The translations under genes and the position numbers were made by a program. A DNA stretch of 64,000 nucleotides, taken from positions 128,453 through 192,452 of the forward strand of contig JBAQFO010000014.1 of assembly GCA_049287305.1 (NCBI GenBank), read 5' to 3'. Below are positions 29,416-39,091 of the stretch, piece by piece. Each line of letters opens with the position of its first letter. The first letter of the stretch is position 1. The notes under the pieces are model-generated. The model did not search any database. It saw nothing but the letters and a program-made list of their open reading frames with translations, and had not been told where the DNA came from. Source of the DNA: Minisyncoccia bacterium. GTDB lineage: Bacteria > Patescibacteriota > Minisyncoccia > Phycocordibacterales > UBA9973.

Positions 29416-30393
29416 CTAAACACTGAAGTGGGAAATATTATATAAATCCGCGTCATCCATGCCTTTGTCATCCGAAGTCGTGTCGTCTACCGGCGTTTCC
29501 GTAAGTGAAGCTTCCATGTTTTGCGCTATGTGATTGTCCAACATCTCAATTGGCTTCTTCTCTGTCTCCCCTTTCTGAATTAAATCCAAAATAGTGCGAA
29601 GGTCTTCCGTGGAAAAAAAATCTATTCTGATTTGCCCACCCAAATCTTTGCGGTCAATGTGTACGCGAGTGCCCAGTTTCTCTTGGAATTCTTCTTCAAG
29701 CTCCGTGATTTCAGGATCCGGCATGAACTCTTTCTTGCGCACTCGGTCGTAAGCTATTTTTCTTGCAAGCCGCTCAGCTTCACGCACGGTAATTTTTTTA
29801 TAAACTATTTCCTTAAATAAAACTATTTGTTCTTCGGGATGGTCAGCAAGCATCAAAATAGGGCGAGTGTGCCCTTCACTAATTTTACCCTCAGAAAGAG
29901 CCGTCAAAACTTCTTCTGGCAAACTCAAAATTCTAAGAGAGTTGGAAACATATTCTCGGCTTCTCCCCATCTTTTTAGCAATTTCATTATGGGTAAATTT
30001 AAATTCGGTTACGAGTCTGAAAAATGCTCTGGCTCTATCCACCGCGTTTAAATCTTCGCGCTGAAGATTCTCAATAATCGCAAGTTCCAGTTTCATTATA
30101 GCCGTATCTCCCGTGCGTATAATTACCGGAACTTGAGCCACTTGGGCAAGTTTTGCCGCTCTTAATCGGCGCTCTCCGGCGATAAGCTCATATTCGGTCA
30201 CTAAACCCTCTCCTCCCACTTTTTCTACCTCCACTCGGGACACAGTGAGCGGCTGCAACACTCCATATTGTTTTATAGAGTCTGCTAAGTCCTGGAGCCT
30301 AGCTTCGTCAAAATCTCTCCTAGGCTGGTAGGGATTCGGCTTTATTTTATCGGTATCAATCCAGAAAATTGAATTGGAATATAAGTTAGACAT
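29416..30393 (-). CDS. parB: ParB/Spo0J-family protein (no adjacent parA)
   Basis: ParB box GERRLRAAKLA, an HTH, and an acidic C-terminal tail. Confidence 0.8.
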   Translation of the reverse strand: MSNLYSNSIFWIDTDKIKPNPYQPRRDFDEARLQDLADSIKQYGVLQPLTVSRVEVEKVGGEGLVTEYELIAGERRLRAAKLAQVAQVPVIIRTGDTAIMKLELAIIENLQREDLNAVDRARAFFRLVTEFKFTHNEIAKKMGRSREYVSNSLRILSLPEEVLTALSEGKISEGHTRPILMLADHPEEQIVLFKEIVYKKITVREAERLARKIAYDRVRKKEFMPDPEITELEEEFQEKLGTRVHIDRKDLGGQIRIDFFSTEDLRTILDLIQKGETEKKPIEMLDNHIAQNMEASLTETPVDDTTSDDKGMDDADLYNISHFSV

Positions 30394-30520
30394 AAATTGA
30401 TTTTAACATAAACATTTTCTTTTTGATAATTGATTTATATGCACTTGTTGTGTATTATGTGTGCATTGCCCTTATCGCTTACTTACAAAGGATTGAGGGT
30501 AAAGCAGAGCAGTTTGCTTT

Positions 30521-30604
30521 GCCCAGGTGGCGGAATTGGTAGACGCGATAGACTCAAAATCTATTGATGGCAACATCATGAGAGTTCGATTCTCTCCCTG
30601 GGCA
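30521..30604 (+). tRNA. tRNA-Leu(CAA), class II long variable arm
   Basis: GCCCAGG...ATAGA CTCAAAA TCTAT...GAGAGTTCGATTCTCTC CCTGGGC A. Confidence 0.8.
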
Positions 30605-30699
30605 CATAGCAAGTAAATTTATTTGCTTACGCGGAGGAATCGAAAGGATTTTCGTTGTCGAGCAAAGTGAGACCGAAAATCACCTGGCTATGTAATAGC

Positions 30700-30720
30700 C
30701 GATTCTCTCCCTGGGCACAC
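30700..30720 (+). repeat. 20-nt direct repeat of the tRNA-Leu 3' end
   Basis: CGATTCTCTCCCTGGGCACA occurs at 30587-30606 (within the tRNA) and again at 30700-30719. Confidence 0.6.
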
Positions 30721-30737
30721 TAGTTAATATAAAAAGC

Positions 30738-32060
30738 ATGGCAAGAGAAACAAAAAATTCCACAGATTTGGAGATAAACGGCGGTAAGAAATTATCCGGC
30801 ACTATTTCAACGGGCTATTCAAAAAATGGCTCTGTTGGACTTTTGTGCGCCTCGCTCCTTAATAAGGGAAAAACTATACTCCACGGCATAGCCCGAATTG
30901 AAGAAGTCTACAGAATAATAGAAATATTGGAAAGTATAGGAGTTAAAGTTGAGTGGGTTGGTTCCAACACCGTAGAGCTCACTCCTCCGAAAGAATTTAA
31001 CGTAAAAAAATTAAACAAAGAATCAGCAGAGAAGACACGCTCCATTCTTATGTTCATCGGACCACTTTCACACTTCCTTCCTTCTTTTTATATTCCCCAC
31101 GCCGCCGGATGCCATTTAGGTAAGCGCACCATAGCCGCCCACAGGTACGCCTTGGAAGAATTGGGAATCAAAGTAGCTGTTACCGCGGATAGATACGAAA
31201 TCAAAACTGAAAAGTTTACTCCCGGAAATATCGTAATGTATGAGGCTGGCGATACTCCCGTGGAAAATGTGCTCACCGCTGCGGCTTTAATCCCCGGTAA
31301 AACCATCATTAAATTCACAAGCTCAAACTATCAAGTTCAGGAAATTTGTTTCTTCTTGGAAAAATGCGGAGTGAAAATTGAAGGCATTGGCACATCTACC
31401 TTGACTGTCCATGGAGTAAAAAGCATCAATAAAAAAATAGAATACAACAACAGCGAAGACCCTATAGAATCCATGACGCTGATTGCGGCAGCCATCGGCA
31501 CAGACTCAACTCTCACGATAACTCGATGCCCGATAGATTTTCTTCAGCTGGAATTATATAAACTTTTGAAAATGGGGTTGAAATATGAAATCATAAAAAC
31601 ATACAAAGCCGAAAACAAGAGAACGAACCTGGTAGACTTGATAATTTACCCTTCCAAGTTCATAGCGTTGGACGACAAAATCCACGCCAACCCATATCCA
31701 GGAATCAACATGGATAATTTGCCCTATTTTGTTATCCCAGCCATGAAAGCGAAGGGACAAACAATGATTCACGACTGGGCATACGAAAATCGAGCTATAT
31801 ATTTGACTGAAATCAATAGAATGGGAGCGCAAATAACTCTTGCCGACCCGCATCGACTCTATATAGAAGGCGGAACCAAGCTTCACCCTGCTCAAATGGT
31901 CTGCCCTCCAGCCCTAAGACCTTCCATGGTCATATTAATTGCCATGCTTTCTGCGCCAGGCGTTTCAATTCTTCGCAATGTATATATGATTCATCGCGGA
32001 TACGAAGAAATTGTAAAACGCTTAAATTCCATCGGAGCCGATATAAAAATTCTTGAATGA
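30738..32060 (+). CDS. murA: UDP-N-acetylglucosamine 1-carboxyvinyltransferase (EPT family)
   Basis: EPT fold signature. Catalytic Cys context AGCHLGKR. Confidence 0.65.
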   Translation: MARETKNSTDLEINGGKKLSGTISTGYSKNGSVGLLCASLLNKGKTILHGIARIEEVYRIIEILESIGVKVEWVGSNTVELTPPKEFNVKKLNKESAEKTRSILMFIGPLSHFLPSFYIPHAAGCHLGKRTIAAHRYALEELGIKVAVTADRYEIKTEKFTPGNIVMYEAGDTPVENVLTAAALIPGKTIIKFTSSNYQVQEICFFLEKCGVKIEGIGTSTLTVHGVKSINKKIEYNNSEDPIESMTLIAAAIGTDSTLTITRCPIDFLQLELYKLLKMGLKYEIIKTYKAENKRTNLVDLIIYPSKFIALDDKIHANPYPGINMDNLPYFVIPAMKAKGQTMIHDWAYENRAIYLTEINRMGAQITLADPHRLYIEGGTKLHPAQMVCPPALRPSMVILIAMLSAPGVSILRNVYMIHRGYEEIVKRLNSIGADIKILE

Positions 32061-32911
32061 AACCCTTTATCGTTGTAGTTCTCGGCCAAACAGCTACCGG
32101 CAAGAGCGCCTTGGCGGTAAAAATTGCAAAAAAATTAAACGGCGAAATAATTTCTGCCGATTCCAGACAGATATATAAGAGTTTAAATATAGGCACCGGC
32201 AAGATAGCAAAGAAAGAAATGCTCGGCGTTCCCCACCACTTGCTCGATGTGGCGAACCCTAAACTTAAATTTGCAGTTTCACAATACAAAAGCTTAGCGG
32301 ATAAAAAAATAAAAGAAATATTAGGGCGAGGCAAAACTCCCATCATTTGCGGAGGCACCGGATTTTACATAGATGCTGTAACTAAAGGCGTAGTATTCCC
32401 AGAAGTTCCACCAAACGCAAAATTGAGAAAAGTTTTAGAAAAGAAATCTGCCCTGGAATTATTTACGATACTTAAAAAACTGGACGCGAGACGGGCTAAA
32501 ACCATAGATAAAAACAATAAAACAAGACTAGTTAGAGCAATAGAGATAGTGGAGGCTTTGGGCAAAGTTCCTGCTGTTACCCAAGTAAAACCAAAATATA
32601 AATTTATTAAAATCGGATTGCATGTCCCGATCATTCAGTTACAGAAAAAAGTTGAGAAAAGGGTCGCCAACATGTTCAAGGAAGGCTTGTTAAAGGAAAT
32701 AGCTAAGTTAAAACGGTCAGGGATCTCGGATAAGCGATTGAAGGAGTTGGGATTTGAGTATTGGAACCCATCTCCCGAAAGAGTAATAATCGAGACAATA
32801 AAATACGCAAAACGCCAAATGACTTGGTTTAAAAGAGATAAAGAAATAAAATGGCTTAATGCGTCAAATTCAAAGGATGTTCACAGTAAAGCCTTAAAGC
32901 TTCTCAACTAA
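32057..32911 (+). CDS. miaA: tRNA dimethylallyltransferase
   Basis: P-loop LGQTATGKS, ADSRQIY, and GVPHHLLD. Confidence 0.85.
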   Translation: MKPFIVVVLGQTATGKSALAVKIAKKLNGEIISADSRQIYKSLNIGTGKIAKKEMLGVPHHLLDVANPKLKFAVSQYKSLADKKIKEILGRGKTPIICGGTGFYIDAVTKGVVFPEVPPNAKLRKVLEKKSALELFTILKKLDARRAKTIDKNNKTRLVRAIEIVEALGKVPAVTQVKPKYKFIKIGLHVPIIQLQKKVEKRVANMFKEGLLKEIAKLKRSGISDKRLKELGFEYWNPSPERVIIETIKYAKRQMTWFKRDKEIKWLNASNSKDVHSKALKLLN

Positions 32912-33523
32912 ACCAGGTATCTCATTAAATCTATACGTATTCGCGTCCGCGTCTACAAAGCTGTTTTTGGCGTATAAAATTATCTTCATTCCGGCATCCT
33001 TGGCCGCAATAACGTCCGTGGAAGTATCTCCTATATATACGCATTCTTCGGGTCTTAAATTAAGCTTCTCCGCGCAAAGAATTAAAGGGGCGGGATGAGG
33101 TTTGTGGTTTTCGGTATCTTCATACGACACTACGGCTTGGAAATATTTTTGAAGCGGAGCAAGCTGAGGCATTCCAAAAATACTGGATCTTATCCTGCTA
33201 GTCACTATCCCCAGCGCATATTTATTACTTAAGTCTTCTACAACCTCATACAAGTTTTTCGGCACATTGAGCATTTCGTGCGGATAGGGATGCTGATCTT
33301 TATCCGCCGCAGCCTGCCAAATTTTTTTAAGTTCTTCGGCAGAGGTCAATTTTGTAAGGCTTTTTATGGCATTTTGCATTGTGAGATGAACAAGTTCCCT
33401 GAAAGCTTCCCGGGTGGGTTCGGCAAAACCATATTTTTTCATCAAAACAGAGAAAAATTTCAAATTAGCCTCAAACGAATCCAGGAGTACGCCGTCTATG
33501 TCAAAAATTACCGCTTTAATCAT
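32894..33523 (-). CDS. HAD-family hydrolase (beta-phosphoglucomutase-like)
   Basis: VIFDIDGVLLDS motif I and the GDTSTD motif. Confidence 0.65.
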   Translation of the reverse strand: MIKAVIFDIDGVLLDSFEANLKFFSVLMKKYGFAEPTREAFRELVHLTMQNAIKSLTKLTSAEELKKIWQAAADKDQHPYPHEMLNVPKNLYEVVEDLSNKYALGIVTSRIRSSIFGMPQLAPLQKYFQAVVSYEDTENHKPHPAPLILCAEKLNLRPEECVYIGDTSTDVIAAKDAGMKIILYAKNSFVDADANTYRFNEIPGLVEKL

Positions 33524-33524
33524 T

Positions 33525-34196
33525 TTATACTTTAGAAAAAGGATTGAAGTTGGTTTTCGTATCGTAATAATCCTCCCCTTCTTTCTTTTTCAAGAAAGCG
33601 ACAACTCTATATGTAATCGGGGTGAACAGCACTTCAACTGCTGTTTTGAAAATATAATTTGAAATTATAATCGGAAGAATCAAAGAATTCGGCAAAATAC
33701 CGACGAAGGCAATTAAAACAAAAAGAGAGCTATCCACGAACTCTCCGACCACAGTAGAGCCAATAGTGCGGGTCCAGAGCCACTTCCCTTTTGTTTTTAT
33801 TTTCATTTTGGCGAGAATAAACGAATTGGAAAATGCTCCGGCAAAATAAGCAATCAGGCTCGCTAGCACCAACCTCGGGGTTAAGCCAAGTATCGCTTCA
33901 TAGGCCGCCTGGTTGCCCCAATCCGCTGCCGGAGGAAGTTTCCCCACAACAATGAAAACTACGGACATCATTAAAGCCATAAAAAATCCAAGCCATATGA
34001 CATTTCTTGATTTCCTGTATCCGTAAACCTCCGTGAGAATATCTCCGAAAATATATGATAAGGGAAATAATAAAGTGCCTCCGTCAAAAACAAACCATTT
34101 TAAATCCACGATTTTGGTGGACGCTATGTTTGAAACTAAGAGGACGGAAACAAAGAATACGCTTATTGCTCCGAGATATTTATAATTTTTTTCCAT
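33525..34196 (-). CDS. YhhQ-family queuosine-precursor transporter
   Basis: Polytopic membrane protein of ~220 aa with a FPLSYIFGDILTEVYGY segment. Confidence 0.55.
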   Translation of the reverse strand: MEKNYKYLGAISVFFVSVLLVSNIASTKIVDLKWFVFDGGTLLFPLSYIFGDILTEVYGYRKSRNVIWLGFFMALMMSVVFIVVGKLPPAADWGNQAAYEAILGLTPRLVLASLIAYFAGAFSNSFILAKMKIKTKGKWLWTRTIGSTVVGEFVDSSLFVLIAFVGILPNSLILPIIISNYIFKTAVEVLFTPITYRVVAFLKKKEGEDYYDTKTNFNPFSKV

Positions 34197-34201
34197 GAAT
34201 T

Positions 34202-35569
34202 TTAGTTAAAAGAAACGTTTTTAATATTAAGAAATTCTCTTAGTCCATAGTCCGACAATTCTCGTCCGTATCCGGATTTTTTAATCCCTCCAAACGGCGC
34301 CCGCGGGTCGGATTTTACCATATCGTTGATACAGACATTCCCAGCCTCAATATTAGGAATCAAACGCTTGGCTTTTTCCATATCGGAAGTAAAAATTGAA
34401 GCCCCCAACCCATACCTCGTATCGTTGGCAATTTCCACCACTTCTTTTTCGTTTCTAAATGAAATAATCGGAAGAACCGGGCCAAAAACTTCTTCATCAT
34501 ATACGGGCATCCCCTTGGTAACTTCAGTTAAAACCGTTGGCAGATAAAAATATCCTTTTCCTTCCTTTCTTTTGCCTCCACACATTATTTTTGCGCCCAG
34601 GGCCACGGAACTCTCTACTTGTTTTGAAACTTCAAGTAAAATTTGCTCCGTCGCAAGCGGACCGATATCCGTGTTTTTGTCACCAGGATCCCCTACTGAA
34701 AGTTTGGAAAACTCCTCGACTACTGCTTGGGTAAATTCTTCCTTTACGCTCTCCTCTACGATAAATCGCTTTGCTGAAATACAACTTTGTCCAGTGTTAC
34801 CCTGGAGCCTGGACATCACTGCGAATTTCGTCGCTGTTGCTATATCCGCGTCGGCAAATACGACAAATGGGTCGCTTCCACCAAGTTCAAGGACAACTTT
34901 TTTTATTTCTTGCCCGGCTACTTTTGCCACTTCGCTTCCTGCTTTCTCACTGCCAGTCAAAGAAACAGCAACAATTCGCGGGTCGCGGATTAATTTCTCA
35001 ACCCGTGAAGATGGGAGAAATAAGTTTTGAAATACTCCCTCCGGAAATCCGGCCGCCCGGAAGGATTCTTCTATGGCTGCCGCGCACTCGGGCACATTTG
35101 ACGCATGTTTAAGGACTCCGACGTTCCCGGCTATTATTGCGGGGACAGCAAAGCGATAAACCTGCCAAAATGGAAAATTCCAAGGCATAACGGCAAGCAC
35201 GACACCTAAAGGGTCAAACTCCACATATTGTTCCTTCTTTTCGGTGGGTAAAACTTGTGGAGCCAGCATGTTTTCAATATTGTCCGCATAGTAATCGCAA
35301 AGGAAAGCGCATTTTTCTATACCACCCGGTCCGGACTTCATTGTTTTGCCCATTTCAAGCATTTGTAGAGTTGATAATTCCTCGATGTGGCTACGTAAGT
35401 ATTCCCCAAGCTTGCGCATTAAATTTGCTCGTTCTTTTAGGGGAACTTTTCTCCAAGAGTTGAACGCAAGCGATGCTGTGGTAAGCTTCTGCTCCAATTC
35501 TTCCTCCGATATTTCATTGAACACTTTTGAAACTTCTTCTGTTGTTGGATTTTTGGATTGAATTGGCAT
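34202..35569 (-). CDS. NAD(P)-dependent aldehyde dehydrogenase
   Basis: ELGGSDP and catalytic GQSCISAKR motifs. Confidence 0.8.
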   Translation of the reverse strand: MPIQSKNPTTEEVSKVFNEISEEELEQKLTTASLAFNSWRKVPLKERANLMRKLGEYLRSHIEELSTLQMLEMGKTMKSGPGGIEKCAFLCDYYADNIENMLAPQVLPTEKKEQYVEFDPLGVVLAVMPWNFPFWQVYRFAVPAIIAGNVGVLKHASNVPECAAAIEESFRAAGFPEGVFQNLFLPSSRVEKLIRDPRIVAVSLTGSEKAGSEVAKVAGQEIKKVVLELGGSDPFVVFADADIATATKFAVMSRLQGNTGQSCISAKRFIVEESVKEEFTQAVVEEFSKLSVGDPGDKNTDIGPLATEQILLEVSKQVESSVALGAKIMCGGKRKEGKGYFYLPTVLTEVTKGMPVYDEEVFGPVLPIISFRNEKEVVEIANDTRYGLGASIFTSDMEKAKRLIPNIEAGNVCINDMVKSDPRAPFGGIKKSGYGRELSDYGLREFLNIKNVSFN

Positions 35570-35570
35570 A

Positions 35571-37232
35571 TTACTTAATTTTCTTATTTTTAATTCCCGC
35601 CAAAACTTGATTGGCTTTGTTATAGCTTATTGGACAGGATATGACATGAACCCCTTTTGAATTGATAACTTTTTTCAAAATAACTGCCAGGTCTTCCGCC
35701 TTGTTCACCTTATGTCCAATGGCTCCAAAACTATTTGCCAGCATTACAAAATCAGGGTTTTTAAAAGATAAAGCAAATGCGGGAAGTTTCATGCTTTTTT
35801 GCTTCCAGCGAATCATTCCAAGGCCTGAGTCATCCAGAATTAAAACAACCAGGTCAAGTTTCAGCCGAACTGCCGTTTCTAGCTCCGCGATGCTCATCAT
35901 TATACCGCCATCCCCGGATATCACCAATACTTTTTTCTTTGGATTAATCATTTTGGCGGCAATACCCGACGGAAGTCCGGCACCCATTGTGGCAAGAGCA
36001 TTATCCAACAACAAACTGTTTTGTTCGGCGCAAACCAAATTTCTGGCAACCCAAATCTTATACATCCCGTTATCCAACGCGAGTATCCCATCTTTTGGAA
36101 ATATTTTATCTATGTCTGACACAAGACGTTCGGGGCGAATTGGAAAATCTTTTGAGTCTGCAAATTTTGCTATATCTTTTTTCAGGGCGTTCTTGGTTTT
36201 GTAAAAAAATCTGAAATCCCATGAAGAGTTTATTTTTATTTCCTCGGAAAATCTCCAAAGGGTGTGGGAAATATCTCCAACAACTTCGTGGGTCGGAACA
36301 TACACTTCATCCACATCCGCGGGAGAAAAATTAATATGAATAACTTTGCAATGCTTGCCATCAAGGGTAATCGGCGGTTTTTCACTGATGTCATGACCAA
36401 TCATGATTACTAAGTCGGCATTACGGAGGGCTTGATGAACATAATCTCCTTCCGACAACGCGGTGGTTCCTATATAAAGCGGAGAATTTTCATTCTCAAC
36501 CCCTTTGCCCATCTGGGTGGACACGAAAGGAATGCCGGTTTTATTTAGAAATATTTCCAGCTGTTTACGCACCAGCTTCCTGTTTCCTCCTGCCGCTAGA
36601 ATAGCTAAGGGTCGTTTTGATTTCTCTATTTCCATTAGCGCATTTTTTATCGCCTTATCATCGGCGGATGGACGGCGAACTTTGTAAGGAGGTATCGGAA
36701 CGTTTTGACAGAATTCTTCAGCAATATCCTCGGGTAATTCCAAATGAACAGCGCCCGGACGCTCGGCTAATGCCAACTTAAAAGCTTCGCGAACCATGCT
36801 GGCTACTTTGTCTCCCGAAACAATGGTGGCTGAATATTTCGTGACAGGCGCCATCATTTTCACCACGTCCACGATTTGAAATTGTCCTTGTTTGCTTTTT
36901 TTAATCGGTTTTTGACCCGTAATCACCAAAAGAGGAATCCCCGCTAGCTGGGCATGCGCTACTCCGGTAAAAAGGTTCGTCGCCCCCGGTCCAAGAGTAG
37001 AAAGCGCCACACCAACTTTCCCCGTAAGTCTGCCTATCGTGGCTGCCATAAATGCCGCTCCTTGCTCGTGACGAGTGGTAATAAACTTTATCGTGGAATT
37101 CCTGAGCGCTTCCAAAAAAGCCAAATTTTCTTCACCTGGCACTCCGAAAACATATTCTACGCCCTCGGATTCCAGACACTCCACGAGTACTTCAGCCACG
37201 TTTTTTATTGAACTTTTTCTTTGGGATGCCAT
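35571..37232 (-). CDS. Thiamine-pyrophosphate enzyme, acetolactate synthase large-subunit-like
   Basis: GVPGEENLAFLEAL...TTRHEQGAAFMA pyrimidine module and a C-terminal TPP GDG motif (ISGDGG). Confidence 0.7.
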   Translation of the reverse strand: MASQRKSSIKNVAEVLVECLESEGVEYVFGVPGEENLAFLEALRNSTIKFITTRHEQGAAFMAATIGRLTGKVGVALSTLGPGATNLFTGVAHAQLAGIPLLVITGQKPIKKSKQGQFQIVDVVKMMAPVTKYSATIVSGDKVASMVREAFKLALAERPGAVHLELPEDIAEEFCQNVPIPPYKVRRPSADDKAIKNALMEIEKSKRPLAILAAGGNRKLVRKQLEIFLNKTGIPFVSTQMGKGVENENSPLYIGTTALSEGDYVHQALRNADLVIMIGHDISEKPPITLDGKHCKVIHINFSPADVDEVYVPTHEVVGDISHTLWRFSEEIKINSSWDFRFFYKTKNALKKDIAKFADSKDFPIRPERLVSDIDKIFPKDGILALDNGMYKIWVARNLVCAEQNSLLLDNALATMGAGLPSGIAAKMINPKKKVLVISGDGGIMMSIAELETAVRLKLDLVVLILDDSGLGMIRWKQKSMKLPAFALSFKNPDFVMLANSFGAIGHKVNKAEDLAVILKKVINSKGVHVISCPISYNKANQVLAGIKNKKIK

Positions 37233-37233
37233 G

Positions 37234-37878
37234 TTATTTATTATTTTTCTTATATCTTTCCATGTGTTTCGCCTCTACTTTGTGGGTTTTTTTAGCCTTG
37301 ATAATTTTCTCCATTGTCTGATTATCAACGATATCTTTAAATGTTCTCATAAAATTATCGAAATCAAAAAAGTAGTCTTTGTAATATGGGTTAATGAAAA
37401 AATCTCCCTGTCTCCATGTGGAAATACTGGCAACGTTATGCTGAAGAATTGCTTCAATTTTATCAAGCGAATGGCTAAAGTGGGCCTCCTGAGTTTTGTT
37501 TTCTTCCATTTCTTTCCAAAGAGAGAAAATTTCATTCCCTTTTTCTTTTGGTAGTTTCTTTACTATGCTTTTTATAGCTTTTTTCTCAGCTCTTTTTTTG
37601 TTTGCTTTTATATTGCGCATCGAAACTTCATGTGAAGGAATATCCCCGGTTATAGCCTCAGCCAAATCATGGATAATAACCATCTTTAATACTTTCAACA
37701 AATTTACTTTCGGCCTTATTTCGTCAGCTAGAATCATCGCCATAAGTCCTAACATCCATGAGTGCTCAGCAGTGCTTTCCTGTCTTTTAGGATTTGAAAG
37801 CCAAGAATGCCGAGTTGTTGTCTTTAGCTTTTCCGCCTTCTCGTAAAAATCTATGAAATTTTTAATTGATTTTTTCAT
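37234..37878 (-). CDS. HD-domain phosphohydrolase (YfbR-like)
   Basis: HSWMLG...IIHDLAE HD motif. Confidence 0.6.
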   Translation of the reverse strand: MKKSIKNFIDFYEKAEKLKTTTRHSWLSNPKRQESTAEHSWMLGLMAMILADEIRPKVNLLKVLKMVIIHDLAEAITGDIPSHEVSMRNIKANKKRAEKKAIKSIVKKLPKEKGNEIFSLWKEMEENKTQEAHFSHSLDKIEAILQHNVASISTWRQGDFFINPYYKDYFFDFDNFMRTFKDIVDNQTMEKIIKAKKTHKVEAKHMERYKKNNK

Positions 37879-38330
37879 AATTTCCCTTCTTTTATAAGCT
37901 GGATCGCAGATTTTCCTGTTTGGGTTTTAAAAGTTATTTCCTTTAAATTTAGCAATGCATCCATTATACTATCTACATGCTTAGGCACTGTATTTTTTGG
38001 TATCTTATCAATTTCAAAATATTCAATCTGGTCTGCTTCGTCGTTTAAAGTAGCTTCTCCCCCTGTAATCCTACATAAAAAAGAAAAGTTTATACTATTT
38101 TTCCCTAACTTATTATAAACTGCAAAAAGCTTAATAATCTCAACATCAAAACCAGTCTCTTCCTTCACTTCTCTTTTTACCCCTTCCACCGGAGATTCTC
38201 CTGTCTCTAAATTTCCTCCTGGTAGGTTCCATAAGTCGTAATCCCGCCTATGAACTAACAACACCCTTCCTTTTTCGTCGAAAATGACTCCAAATGCTAC
38301 CACAGTAAATTGTGTTTTATTTTCCGGCAT
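37875..38330 (-). CDS. NUDIX hydrolase
   Basis: Nudix box GGNLETGESPVEGVKREVKEETG. The start is moved to MPENKTQ. Confidence 0.7.
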   Translation of the reverse strand: MPENKTQFTVVAFGVIFDEKGRVLLVHRRDYDLWNLPGGNLETGESPVEGVKREVKEETGFDVEIIKLFAVYNKLGKNSINFSFLCRITGGEATLNDEADQIEYFEIDKIPKNTVPKHVDSIMDALLNLKEITFKTQTGKSAIQLIKEGKL

Positions 38331-38589
38331 TATTTTTACTCCACCATGTTTTAATAAAAGGCAAAGATAGGGTTGATAGCAGATATCCTGCTGCCGGAAC
38401 AAAAGCTTTAAGCCATGGGAAGGTGTCGTGAATAACCACTAGCCAAATTCCAGCGATAACGTATGTGACAATTGTAATAAATAATTTCCTTGTCCAGCTT
38501 ATTTCCCAAGCCTTGTCGGATTCCACTTTCAAATTCCTGTTCTTGATAAGTTCTACTTCTTTTTCTAAGTTTTGGATTTGTGGTTCCAT
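38317..38589 (-). CDS. Small membrane protein (hypothetical)
   Basis: Two predicted TM helices. Confidence 0.3.
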   Translation of the reverse strand: MEPQIQNLEKEVELIKNRNLKVESDKAWEISWTRKLFITIVTYVIAGIWLVVIHDTFPWLKAFVPAAGYLLSTLSLPFIKTWWSKNNAGK

Positions 38590-38758
38590 TAAATAATTTA
38601 TTTAAACAAAGATTAAGGGAATTGGTCACGAGTATTTTTCTGCTGAAAAATCTCTCGACCCCGCCTCGCGCCGTCGCGCTCCGGCTTTCGATTAGCCCTA
38701 TTGCCACGCAATGATGATATGCGCGCATAGTCATTTAGACTATGTTTACATATCATTG

Positions 38759-38829
38759 CGGGCGATGAGGGAATCGAACCCCCGACATCGGTTTTGGAGA
38801 CCGAAGTTATGCCACTTAACTAATCGCCC
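38759..38829 (-). tRNA. tRNA-Trp(CCA)
   Basis: GGGCGAT...TCGGT CTCCAAA ACCGA...GGGGGTTCGATTCCCTC ATCGCCC G. Confidence 0.75.
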
Positions 38830-38893
38830 TTGTTTTTAAAAGCTAAAAACGACCCTGAGGTCGTCTTTAGTATAGCAGAAAGGCGGAGAAAAT

Positions 38894-39052
38894 CTACTTC
38901 TTTACCTCTTTATGCTTGGTTTTCTTTTTACACCATTTGCAGAATTTGTTGAGCTCAATTTTCTTGGTGACAATCTTCTTGTTCTTGCTGGACCAGTAAT
39001 TTATGCGCTTACAGCCTCCACATCCGAGTTTTATAAGTCTATCTTGTGACAT
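38894..39052 (-). CDS. rpmG: 50S ribosomal protein L33 (below the ORF-track length cutoff)
   Basis: My translation is MSQDRLIKLGCGGCKRINYWSSKNKKIVTKKIELNKFCKWCKKKTKHKEVKK, which shows the L33 C4 zinc-ribbon pattern. Confidence 0.7.
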   Translation of the reverse strand: MSQDRLIKLGCGGCKRINYWSSKNKKIVTKKIELNKFCKWCKKKTKHKEVKK

Positions 39053-39091
39053 ATGGCTATATTAATACAGATTTGGCAATAAAGCAACTCC

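Noticed and set aside
35662-36204. Long antisense ORFs inside ilvB-like, ddl, atpB and other genes (for example 35662..36204, 39564..40271, 56021..56644, 45362..46039)
   Set aside because: They overlap well-supported genes on the opposite strand and have low-complexity, skewed composition with no motifs.
38408-38734. 108-aa ORF spanning the tRNA-Trp downstream spacer
   Set aside because: It covers the GC-rich element and inverted repeat and has an implausible composition. It is more likely non-coding.
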